A stretch of DNA of 64,000 bases from Octopus vulgaris (Eukaryota): positions 123,442,001 to 123,506,000 of the forward strand of contig OX597816.1 in assembly GCA_951406725.2 (NCBI GenBank), in the 5' to 3' direction. This document shows, in pieces, positions 53,588 to 64,000 of the stretch. Under the pieces are notes generated by a model. The model searched no databases. It was given only the letters and a program-made list of their open reading frames with translations, and was not told the origin of the DNA. The position numbers and the translations under genes are program-made. Position 1 is the stretch's first letter. Every line of letters begins with the position of its first letter.

Positions 53588-54414
53588 ATGTATGTATGTA
53601 TGTATGTATGTATGTATGTATGCTTGTGCATAAATGGTTATCTTCTGCATACTTTCAGTTTTTATTTCTCTCTATATATCCCTATATAATTACCTGTGCA
53701 TGTTTTTTCTATATATCAAGCTCAAGCATGTTTATTTGTTTATTTGCATCATTATCTAAATAAACAACTATTAATATTAGAGCTCTGGTGTATCCCATGG
53801 TTTACTAATGCTTTCAACTTTCTTTATTCTATACATTAATAACCAACTTGCTGTCACTTCTAACCATATCACAGTCTGATATTGATAATATTGCCTTTTG
53901 CTGCTCTTTAAACTTTCACATACAAGTATCATTCACATTAAACAAACTGAGATTCAAAATATTCTTCAAATAGAAACTACCAAGAACGTAGGATCCTTCC
54001 TGTGCACCAAGGTTTATACATATGTGTCAAACATATGCACACACACACACTCACACACACACACGCACACATACACACACACACATACAGAGGCATACAT
54101 ACATATATTTGTTCCTTTGTTTAATCATTGTTTTTCTGTAGTAGCATGAGCTGAATGAATACATATTATTCAGATATTATTTAGAGCTAGATGTTTTTCC
54201 TGTCACTAACCTGACCTGCTATTCAAACTAGAGACTTTTAATTTCATATGCCTTCAAAAGCACAGAACTAGTAGTCAAAATGTTGGCAGATATTTGGGCA
54301 ACACACATCACTGTCAGTAACTTAATATGCTCCAGATGAAGCAAGGACTCTAAATGTTCCTCAGATGCAAAAAACATGAACACATGCACATACACACACA
54401 CACAGAGTAGACAT

Positions 54415-54815
54415 AGGTGCAGGCATGAGTGTGTGCTAAGAAGCTTGCTTCACAATCACACGGTTCTGGGTTCAGTGCCACCGTGTGGCACCTTGGGCAA
54501 ATGCCTTCTACTATAGCTTCAGGCTGATCAAAGTCTTGTCAATGGATTTGGTTGACAGAAACTGAAAGAGCCCATCATATATATGTGTACATCTATGTGT
54601 GTATGTCTTTATGTCTGTGTTTGTCCCCCACAACCACTTGACAACTGGTGTTGGTATATTTACATCCCAGTTAACAGTTCAGCAAAAGAGACCAATAGAA
54701 TAAGTACCAGGTTTTAAAATAGTTAAATAGTTCTGGAGTCGATTTGTTTGACTAAAATCCCATCAAGTTGGTGCTTCAAATAACTGAAACAAATAAAAGA
54801 TAAAGCATGAAAGAT
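54415..54815 (+). mobile_element. tRNA-derived SINE, family A
   Basis: GGTGCAGGCATGAGTGTGTGCTAAGAAGC...GGCACCTTGGGCAAATG. Confidence 0.8.
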
Positions 54816-55272
54816 ATAAAAATCACAAAGTAAAAGCTCCCATACAATTTCCATCTACCAGATTCACTCACAAGGCATTGGTTAACCCAAGGATACAGTG
54901 GAAAGTAAGAAAATACTTGCTTCAGGTGCCATACCACAAGATAGACCTCAAAGCCATGTAGCAACAAAACAAATTCTGTAGCACCCATCACATACTGACT
55001 ACTTGTCTAGACAAACCACTTGGAAAGATTTTCTGTGAGCTATTATCATCACTTACCATCTTGTACCACATTTAATAAAGCTCTCTATCATCCTTTACTA
55101 TTTACTGAATGTAAGACGGCACCAAATATCTAACCCTTGCCATCCATAGTTTCCCACTTCAATTTACACTTCTTATTTTCCTTCTTCCCCATATCACCCT
55201 TTTCACCACCTCATATTTACCTACATAACCTCGTGGTACATTCTATCTATATATCTTCCTCTTTAGATTTAG

Positions 55273-55499
55273 CCCTTTAACATTTAAACTGGCCATGTTT
55301 GGCCAAAATATTCTGTCTGTTTTATCTTCAAAATGGCCAGATCTGGCCTCTCACATTTACCCTATAATAAAATAACTTTACCCTAAAATAAGCAATCATT
55401 ACATTGAAATCTCAAAGCTATGAGATAATGCATGATTAATTGAAAATAATGTGAACAAACCAGTGTTACATTTGACAGAGTAATCTCAATGCTAAGGGG
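55273..55499. mobile_element. Degenerate piggyBac-type MITE
   Basis: ttag-CCCTTTAACATT ... AATGCTAAGGGG-ttat imperfect TIRs with decayed TTAA sites. Confidence 0.55.
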
Positions 55500-55880
55500 T
55501 TATACCATTGATATTTCTGTCTCTCTATTCAGACTTTAGTTTTCCTCTGATACTATAACCATTATTCTTCTAGTGCTGAGATATGTTGCTACAAACCTTT
55601 CATGCTGCAAGAAACGTTAGTACGCTGGGCGAAATGCTTAATGGTATTTTGTCTGCTGAAATAATAGTATTCTTTTATGAGCAGTTATATTAACCAATGG
55701 AAAAACGACAATAATATTTCTTCGGCAATACAACATTACGTCATATTGCCAGCTACCACAAATTGGCGCGTTATTTTAAAATGGCTACTTGCTACAAAAG
55801 TAATATATAACTGAAGATAGGAGGTCTATAATGAACTTTCCAATAATTATTTATTTCTGTCATTTCTTTTATCTTTACAG

Positions 55881-56073
55881 ATCAGTTGCTGAGTGCTTAA
55901 AATGTGGAAGAAGAATTGAAGCAGAAAACTATAGTGATGTCACAATCTACTTCAGTGATATTGTAGGTTTTACTTCCATCTCAGCAATGAGTACAGCCAT
56001 GGAAGTTGTTAACATATTAAATGAACTTTATACAATGTTTGATGCGACCATAGACAACTACGATGTATATAAG
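55881..56073 (+). CDS. Receptor guanylyl cyclase, internal exon: N-terminal part of the cyclase catalytic domain
   Basis: [64 protein letters not shown] contains the class III cyclase [12 protein letters not shown] motif. Acceptor ttttatctttacag; joins exon 15677-15817 as RMLPS-SVAE; homology stops at AAG|GCAAGC. Confidence 0.95.
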
Positions 56074-56599
56074 GCAAGCATGTCTTTTTCCTTTAATATC
56101 AATATCGTTTGAGTGCTATGGCAGGGCAAGTGAATTGTGTGTGAGAGATTATTTATTATCCAAAGGTTGATGGTTTGTATTTTGTTTCTTTTACATCATT
56201 GCAACCATGAAAAAAGCTCTGTTCACATTATTCAGAGTAACTGAATATCATATATAAATTAAGCTTTTTGTTAAATGAAACAGGTATGATTTATAGTTAA
56301 CAAGTAGTATAGGGTGCTATACACTCGGTTTGCTATAACACATTGCCTTTCAGTTCGAAACATTTCATGCTTTTAATTTCCCTGATTCCAGTCACCAGCA
56401 AATATCCTCTTTCCACCTTCCCTCCACATCAAATATACATGTCATCTCACTTCTCTTTGAGTGATATGATATTTCTTTTTGTTATTCCCATCGTTCCATT
56501 CTTTCCAGACCTGCTTTTTTTTTTTTTAGATTCTGTAAAATCTTTATCCACAGAGGTCTTGATCCAGTCACAACTCTGATCTATATCTATCAGCAAATT

Positions 56600-57120
56600 A
56601 TCATGTAGGAGAACAGCAGCATAAAGTGCATATGGATGAGGACAGTTGTAATAAAGAAGTGTTGAGTTCTAATTGTAGAGGGAACCTGTGGAAGGGGTAA
56701 AACCAGGAAGATGTGGGGTGAAGTGATGAGAAAGGATTTTCAGACACTGGGCCACCCTGAGGAAGTGACAAGGGACTGAGAATTGTGGTGATTAACTGTA
56801 TTTAAGAAGATGTGTCAAGCCAAGTAAAATCACTGTCATCCATACATACATGTTTGTCCTTTACAGGTGTCAGTGCCATGTGAAATGCACTCGTGCCGGT
56901 GGTGTGCAAATACATCTATGCCAGTGTCATATAAAAAGTACCCAATTCACTCTGTAAAGTGATTGGCATTAAGAAGAGCATTCAGCTGTAGAAACCATGG
57001 CACAACAAACAATTTGGAATCTGGCCAGCTCCCTGGCAAGCCATCTCCTGTCAAACCATCCAGTTCATACTAGCATGGTAAATGGATGTTAAACAACGAT
57101 GATGGTGATGATGATGATGA
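56600..57120 (+). mobile_element. RTE-clade LINE 3' end
   Basis: MDEDSCNKE...VEGTCGRGKTRKMWGEVMRKD, then family UTR and (GAT)n tail. Confidence 0.8.
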
Positions 57121-57268
57121 CACTACCAGTTACCCTCTCAATTATAGGTCTCAGGAATATTATCCTGTTGTGTCGATGCCCCCAGATGATGAAGTAGGCT
57201 AGCCCAATACGTAGATATAGAGGGAGAAGTCTAGATGTCAAGGAGTTGAGTAGAGGTCATCCGAACGT

Positions 57269-57381
57269 GCGATATAACAGTGGTGATGAGGATTTTGTAG
57301 CTCACACAGCCATTGTGTAGTATTGTGATATAACAGTGGCGACGAGGATTTCGTAGCACACACAGCCACTGTGTAGTATTG
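57269..57381. repeat. 56-bp tandem duplication
   Basis: GATATAACAGTGG.GA.GAGGATTT.GTAGC.CACACAGCCA.TGTGTAGTATTG at 57271 and 57327. Confidence 0.85.
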
Positions 57382-57500
57382 CAGTATTACATATCCCTTT
57401 CGTCATATTCATAATCTAGGATTGCTCTGAGTTGAGTATATATTTAGCAGAGGGCTCTTTCAGTTTCTACACCTTCCTCTTCAAGACAGCATTTTATTTC

Positions 57501-57645
57501 TGTTAAGGTCATCTTTACAGATTTTCTGTAAAAATTATAACCAGCACTGATTTTGTTATGATGTTTTGTATTAGATACGAAATGTTGTGACAAAATCAGT
57601 GTTGGCTATAATTTCTACAGAAAATCTGTAAAGATGACTGTAACA
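57501..57645. repeat. 145-bp near-perfect hairpin (~70-bp arms, 3-nt loop)
   Basis: gtcatctttacagattttctgta...gtat-tag-atac...tacagaaaatctgtaaagatgac. Confidence 0.9.
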
Positions 57646-58053
57646 CGTGATTTAATGGCACTGCTAACACAGTTACACATAGTATTGACTTATAATTTGT
57701 AGTATATTATGTTTACATAATGTAATAGCATATGCCTACAAAGCATTAGTATAATATCTGTCAGTCCTTCTAAATCTTATTCTGAAACCACTGATTATTA
57801 GCTTATTAGCTTATGTACATACTTCACCAGGAAAGGACTTGGTATTTGCAGCCATTTGTCCTTCCTGATTCCTGATAAAAATACAGTGTATTATGTTCAC
57901 TTGATCAGAACGTAATCAAACAGCTTGTGTAATATTATTTAGGAAGGTATTTATATATGGAAAACACTAGCATTGAAAAGCTATAAAAATATGTAGGAAA
58001 TGAAGTATTCAGATCGAAGATTAAAAGCCCCCTACTGGAATAAAATAGATTTA

Positions 58054-58095
<42 letters not shown>

Positions 58096-59149
58096 TGTAT
58101 GTATCGGTCTGTCTGTCTATCTATCTATATTTATGTGTGTGTGTGTGTGTGTGTAGAATTAGGAAAATGAATTCATTATATCCACAACTATTTATATGCA
58201 TACATAAAATATAGACAGAATATGTATGTTGGGAATGGGGGGAGATAGAAATAATGTAAATCTGTTCAACATAAGGATTCTAGCCACTTTGACAATTAAC
58301 AGGCCAAGAACAAGAAGGAAAGACATGTTATTGATAACAACATGTGTGTATAGAGAAAAAGAACATATATACACATACATGCATACACATATATAAATAA
58401 ATATATATATATACATACATGATATGTATATATATATATATTTATATATACAAATATATACACTTATATATTTATGTTTGCGTGTGTGTGTGTGTGTGTA
58501 TGTATATATATATATATATATATATAAATGTATACATTGTATATACATTGATTTGAATTAATTTGCCTTAGTTTATATTAATTATGCAATTATGGAGCTA
58601 ATGATGTGTGTGTATAGAGGAACATTTTTTATATACACATGATATATATATACATATGCAAATATATATATATCATCTGTATGTAAATGATTTTCATACA
58701 TATCTACTTGTCATTAATTCCATTACTACTTAATTGATATACATAAGTAATTAATATAAATCAATGCAAATTAAATGTATTTAAAACTATGTTTATCCCA
58801 AATTGTCATCATGAAATAGGAAATGGAATATTATCAAGTATAACTTCCCATTTGCAAGATCTGTCAAAATGAAAATTGCAGACTTATTCCTTAAAATTGT
58901 TAAGGAAAATTTCTGTTCCATTTACTACCAAATATTAAGCAAGACTACCATTAAACTTTCTTATACTGCTACACCTAATTTAGCCTCTGTTGAAGCAACA
59001 GCAAATTGCTCTTTATAAAATAAGTATTATATCAATTCTAAACAGACCTTTGAATATATTAGTTAATATAATTAAATTATCAATTATAACCGTGACTATT
59101 ATAAAGGTGTGAGCTGTCATATTAATAATAATAGCAGAAATAGTAATAA

Positions 59150-59642
59150 GGGTTTGAAATTTTGGTATGGGCCAGCAGCTTTTGAGGGAGTGGGGAAGTC
59201 AACCACATCGACCCCAGTACTTCATTTTGTATTTATTTTATCAATTCCAAAAAGATGAAAGGCAATGACTTTGCTAGAAGTTGACTTAAGAATGTTAAAA
59301 CAGAGGAAATGCTGCTAAACATTTTGTCCAGCAAGCTAACAGTTCTGCCATTTCATCACTTTCTCACTAACAATAATAATACTATAAGTAATAGCTACAA
59401 CACTTATTGTCCTGATAAAGATAATAACAATAATAATGGTTTCAAATTTAGGCTCAAGTTCAACAATTTTGAGGAGGAGTTAATTATATGAATCCAAATA
59501 CTCAACTGGTACTTATTTTATTAACCTTGCAAACATGAAAGACAAAGTCAACTTCTGCAGTATTTGAACTCAGAACATATACAGCCAGCAGAAATGCTAC
59601 TAAGCATTGTCTGGTGTGGTACATTTCTGTCAGCTCATCACT
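59150..59642 (-). mobile_element. Two degenerate family B SINE copies
   Basis: ATGAAAGGCAA / ATGAAAGACAAAGTCAAC and GAAATGCT..TAA.CATT blocks at ~59150-59350 and ~59435-59642. Confidence 0.65.
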
Positions 59643-59746
59643 TAAAAATGGTTGTAACAATGTGTGCAATAATGCTAGTATTAACAATATCGAATACAGA
59701 AAGACAAACTATGAAAATGATGAATGCAACCTGGTTGATTCTTGTA

Positions 59747-60672
59747 TAATGTAGTATCAAAATGTTCCTAGACTAGTTATGTTTAATAAAAAATAACTTA
59801 GTTACCTAAGTTTTAACATCATCTTCTTTGAAATAGTTACCTTGTGCAGTGATACACCAGTCACAGTATTCCTACCATTTTTTGAATCCATCCTGGAAGT
59901 TGTTTGCCATAAGTGAGTCAAGGACCTTCTACAGTTTGATCTGAGTCTTGACAACAGTGTTAAAACGACAGCCTCTGAGCTGCATCTTCATTTTGGGGAA
60001 GAGATGGAAGTCCACAGGAGCTAATTCTGGTGAATAGGGTGGGTGCAGAAGTGATATCATGTTGTTTTTGGTGAGAAACTTATAGGTAAGGAGAGCTCAG
60101 TGATAGGGTGCATTGTCATCACAAAGAATCCAATTCTTCACACTCCACAGATCCTGTTGTTTTCACCGAATGTCCTCCCTCAAACACTTCAAAAAGTTGC
60201 AGTAGAACTCTTGATTGATCTTCTGGCCATGGGGGTGGGGGATGAATTCACAATGCATAACAGCACATTTCCAGGGGTGATGCTTGTGGTAGGTCTTCCA
60301 AATCACTCATCATCTTCCAGGGATGTTCTTCTGCTTTTGAAGCTCCCATGCTACTTGAAACATTGTGCACAATCCATTGCCTCATTGCCATAAGCTTGCC
60401 CAGGCATACTCAATGTCTCTGTAGCAGGCTTCCCAAGTTTAACACAAAATTTCACATTGCCTCTTTGTTCCTTTCCATGACAAGATCGCAGACTACAGCA
60501 GACACATGATCACAAAAACACAAATTTCACAACTTGTGAAGTAAACACAGTGATGTCACTCAGCACACTGCTTCATAAAGATCACTGTTAGGTCTCATTG
60601 CACACATAACCATCTGCTGCCATTTGTTGGTCTGCTACAGAACTAGTCTGGGAAGTTTTTGATACTACCTCG
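59747..60672 (-). mobile_element. mariner (DD34D) transposon, internally deleted, both TIRs recognisable
   Basis: Minus strand DDNAPYH...HPPYSPELAPVDFHLFPKMK...CITAQGNYF. TIR TA-CGAGGTAGTATCAAAAACTTCCCAGACTAGT with partner gtagtatcaaaatgttcctagactagt at 59751. Confidence 0.88.
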
Positions 60673-60759
60673 TACCAGTTGCCGAGTAATAAGGATGAAG
60701 AAGAGAATAATAACAAAATTTCTTCAAACATTAATGCTAGCAATATTCTACCTGCCTCA

Positions 60760-60972
60760 AGATGGTGAGCTAGCAGAATCATTAGCATGGCAGGCAAAAT
60801 GCTTAACAGAATTTCGTCTGTTTTTATGTTCTAAGTTCAAATTCCACCAACATTGACTTTGCCTTTCATCCTTTCAGGGTTGATAAAAGAAGTACCAGTT
60901 GAACACTGGGGTCATAGTAATCAACTTACCCCCTCCCTTGAACATGCTGGCCTTATGCCAAAATTTGAAAGC
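60760..60972 (+). mobile_element. tRNA-derived SINE, family B
   Basis: GGTGAGCTAGCAGAATCATTAGC...GCCTTTCATCCTTTCAGGGTTGATAAA. Confidence 0.75.
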
Positions 60973-61009
60973 AATATTCTACTTGTCTCAAAGAATTCTT
61001 CTTTGCCAA

Positions 61010-61345
61010 ACCCTGATAAAAATGCATGCAGTTGTTTTGTGAAAGAAAAATTTCCTTCTCAAAGGTCACAGCAGTATAGTAATGTAATTCATGAATATAC
61101 TTTTAAAACCTATAATTCTACTGAATTCTACATTGGTTCCACTTCTAATATCAAACAAAGATGTGATAGACGTTACCATTGATTTTCTAGTGAACTTTAG
61201 TTCTCCTGCTGAAGATATCTTTTATTTGAAAGTCAAAAACATTCCCTTTGACTTGGAATTGTTCATATTGAAATCTGAAAATTCTTAGCAAGGTACCAGA
61301 AAGATGTGCCAGTTTTGTATAGGCAAAGTTTTAGAAATTAAAGCT
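61010..61345 (+). mobile_element. Degenerate Penelope-like GIY-YIG fragment
   Basis: ACSC...NVIHEY...FYIGSTSNIKQR...H and downstream CQFC, parallel to 46190-46600. Confidence 0.5.
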
Positions 61346-62049
61346 GACAATGTTTTTCACTTAACTTCACAAATATATTAATAATTGTGAAATGCTGTCA
61401 TTTGAACTCCTTCCTTTTCACTAAATATATTAAGTGTGCTTTTCATTAAATAGCAAGTAATCATTTAGAACAATAATATTAATATATGTATAATAATGTG
61501 ATTTATTGATTTCCTTCATAGATTTAAACAAGTTTTAACACTTGAACATCATTTTAGTTTGGATCATTGTGCATGTATATGTATTTTTTTTATTTAAGTG
61601 TGCTTTTATGCTCATACATATACATCCATGAATATGATTATGTGTATGTGTGTCTATATATTTTTCTTTATGCATATCTAAGTTTATGTGGTTATTTTGG
61701 CATGTGCACATGTTCGTAATTGTATATAATTTTATGAGTATTATATGCATGTAGATATATTCGTATGTAAACTTGTATATGTTTCAATGTATATACGTAT
61801 GTTTAAGTGTGAGAATATATATATGTATACTTAAATGAGTCTATGTATATATGATTACTTATTTTTTATTTGCACTTTATTTTCCTCATCCAAGTCCCCA
61901 TTTTATTTTGGCAATTGGACACTGGACACTTGTATAATTTTTTCCATTTGTCTTTGTGGTATATTCGGCTTTTAGACTCACTTTTCCTATGTCTTCATTA
62001 TTTATAAATATATAACTTTGGTTGTTTTTTCATCTCTCGCTCTCTCTGA

Positions 62050-62092
<43 letters not shown>

Positions 62093-62444
62093 CACACACA
62101 CATGTTTGTGTGAGAGAGAAGAAAAGAGAGAGAGTTGAAGAGTGATAAGGAGGACAATGGATTGGGTTGAGCAAGAGGAGTTTCAAGGCTACCCCATTTG
62201 AAATATGAGTGAGTGAGGGTGTATGAAGTGGTGCAAGAAAAAGAGATAAAAATGATATTTAGCAAAGAGTCAGAGCATACACCTTAAGGCGTTGAGCATA
62301 TGTTCTGGCTCTTTGTCCAAGGAGATGAATAGAAAGTGGTGACAGAAGGATCAGGGAGCATAAGTAAGAGTTGTAAGAGTGTATGTGTTGTGTGGGAAGA
62401 GAATGAATAATAGATAAAATGGAAGCCGTCAATGATAAATAGAT

Positions 62445-63010
62445 GAAGGTAGTCAGTATCTATTAAGCATCAACTACCCCAAAAACATACTATCCACTCC
62501 AATTATGAAGAAAAGAGAGGATGAAACCAATAAACTGTCCACAGTCTGTCTACCCTATGTGAAAGGCCTCTCCGAAAAGTTACAAAAGATATGTGGCCTA
62601 TATGACATCAGGACAGTATTCAAGAGTAATACAATACTTCACAAATATCTCCTTTGAGTAAAACCATCAATAGAAGAGAATATGATCAAAGACTACGTGT
62701 ACTCCATCTCATAAAGTAATGGTAGGTTATACAAAGGCGAAACATGCTATCCCTTCAAAATAAGGGTAGACAAATATCGCACAGCTGTGACGTGAAGAGA
62801 TATTGATAAATCGGGTAGAGCTGATCATGTGTGGAAACATGGAGATCACATCTCTCTGTGGGATGAAGTTAAAATAATAGACAAACACTAATGGAAAATA
62901 CGAAAACTAAAGGATGCAGCACGTATGCTAGGACACAACAACCTCCTAAGCAGACCGAGTGCAGATATGAGCAGCATATGGGAACTGGTATTAAGGAAGG
63001 ATAGGAAAAT
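62445..63010 (+). mobile_element. Penelope-like element 3' ORF remnant (GIY-YIG endonuclease)
   Basis: VCLPYVKGLSEKLQKICGLYDIRTVFK...YVYSIS...LYKGETCYPFKIRVDKY...KSGRADHVWKHGDH...WDEVKIIDK: Penelope/Poseidon-type; several stops. Confidence 0.88.
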
Positions 63011-63045
63011 ATTATATTTATAAGCCCTAAAATTCACTCCGTAAT

Positions 63046-63315
63046 TGCCCACGGGCATATGGCGTAATGGTTAAGAGCATAGGCTACTATCCCCAAGATT
63101 CCGAGTTCAATTCCAAGCAGTGGCCTGAATAATAATAATAACAATAATATTAATAATAATAATAATAACATCAAAAAATACCTTAGGAATGAGAACCCAG
63201 TTTCGAAATTGCCCCAAGACACCTGATGAAGGCTGGAGGGTATATCAGCTGAAACGTTGTGTTAACACAAACAGGATGAGGACAAATATCCGTCAAATGT
63301 AAATAATGTAAATAT
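63046..63315 (+). mobile_element. H3 element (tRNA-like head + hammerhead) forming the probable pseudo-LTR of the adjacent PLE
   Basis: Close copy of 48100-48360, starting ~35 bp after the end of the GIY-YIG homology. Confidence 0.8.
63218..63263 (+). ncRNA. Minimal type I hammerhead ribozyme motif (family H3, intact core)
   Basis: GACAC-CTGATGA-A-GGCTG(gagggtatat)CAGCT-GAAA-CG-TT-GTGTT: canonical CUGAUGA and GAAA, UH = UU, palindromic AACGTT stem III. Confidence 0.8.
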
Positions 63316-63642
63316 TTCACTAGTATACTTTATTTTTAAGGTCTGAAAACATTCTAGTTCAAGTCTACCTTTGTTATAATGACAATTTGTGCAATCATTC
63401 CTGTTAATATCATTCAGATACTTTCATCTCCCATGGCAATGTACATATTTTTGAACAGCTGATGAGGATATAGGTGTGATACCTTCCAGACGGATATAGC
63501 ACAATTAACATTTTTATCACAATGTGTATGATTAGTGGCTCCCTTATCTCTCTTGTTGACCAAATAATTTGTAGTTGTCTTGTGTTCTTTCTTGGTGAGA
63601 TTTGATGTGTTTCAAGAGAAGCTATTTTTCCTATCAATACTC

Positions 63643-64000
63643 TATGTATGTATGCATGCATGCATTATGTATGTATGTAGGCATGCATGCATGTTTGCAT
63701 GTATGCATGTATGTATTCATGTATACATGCATTTATGCATGTATGTATGCATGTATGTATGTATTCATGTATATATGCATAAATGCATGTATGCATATAT
63801 GTATGTATATATTGTGTATGTATATATGCATGCATGCATGTGTGCATTTATGTATGCATGCATGTATGTATCATGTATGCATGCATGCACATATGTATAT
63901 ATGCATGTATGTATGTACATACATACACATGTGAGTGTGAATGTATGCATGTATGTTTTCATGTATGTATGCATTTATGTATGTATGCATGCATGTATGT
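63643..64000. repeat. (ATGC/ATGT)n compound microsatellite
   Basis: Direct inspection. Confidence 0.95.

Noticed and set aside
55831-56112. ORF-track starts and stops for the cyclase exons (also 11373 and 15468)
   Set aside because: The extensions are intronic; splice sites and homology define shorter exons.
62829-62850. GTGGAAACATGGAGAT as the next cyclase exon (VETIGD)
   Set aside because: No acceptor or continuing homology; it is the HVWKHGDH motif of the Penelope endonuclease. The next exon was not found in this window.

Overview
AT-rich, microsatellite- and transposon-dense animal DNA. The repeat families and texture point to a coleoid cephalopod, probably Octopus (inference). One host gene is visible on the + strand as three internal exons of a receptor guanylyl cyclase of the retinal GUCY2D/GUCY2F-like type: 11404-11575 (end of kinase-homology domain), 15677-15817 (dimerisation helix) and 55881-56073 (start of cyclase domain). 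They are separated by a 4.1 kb and a 40 kb intron, and the third exon appears to end at a non-canonical GC donor. The rest is intronic or flanking repeat: a Gypsy remnant with a nested solo LTR, three Tc1/mariner lineages, Helitrons, Penelope-like elements (PLEs), CR1/L2-group, RTE, R4-like and L1/Tx1-like LINE fragments, several tRNA-derived SINE families and piggyBac/foldback MITEs. The most notable signal is nine minimal hammerhead-ribozyme-like motifs in three sequence families. One family is a ~280-bp mobile unit joining a tRNA-like Pol III head to a hammerhead; it occurs once alone with a 7-bp TSD and once at the 3' end of a Penelope ORF. No CRISPR array, rRNA or credible tRNA gene was found. 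Repeat boundaries were read by eye and are approximate unless termini are quoted.
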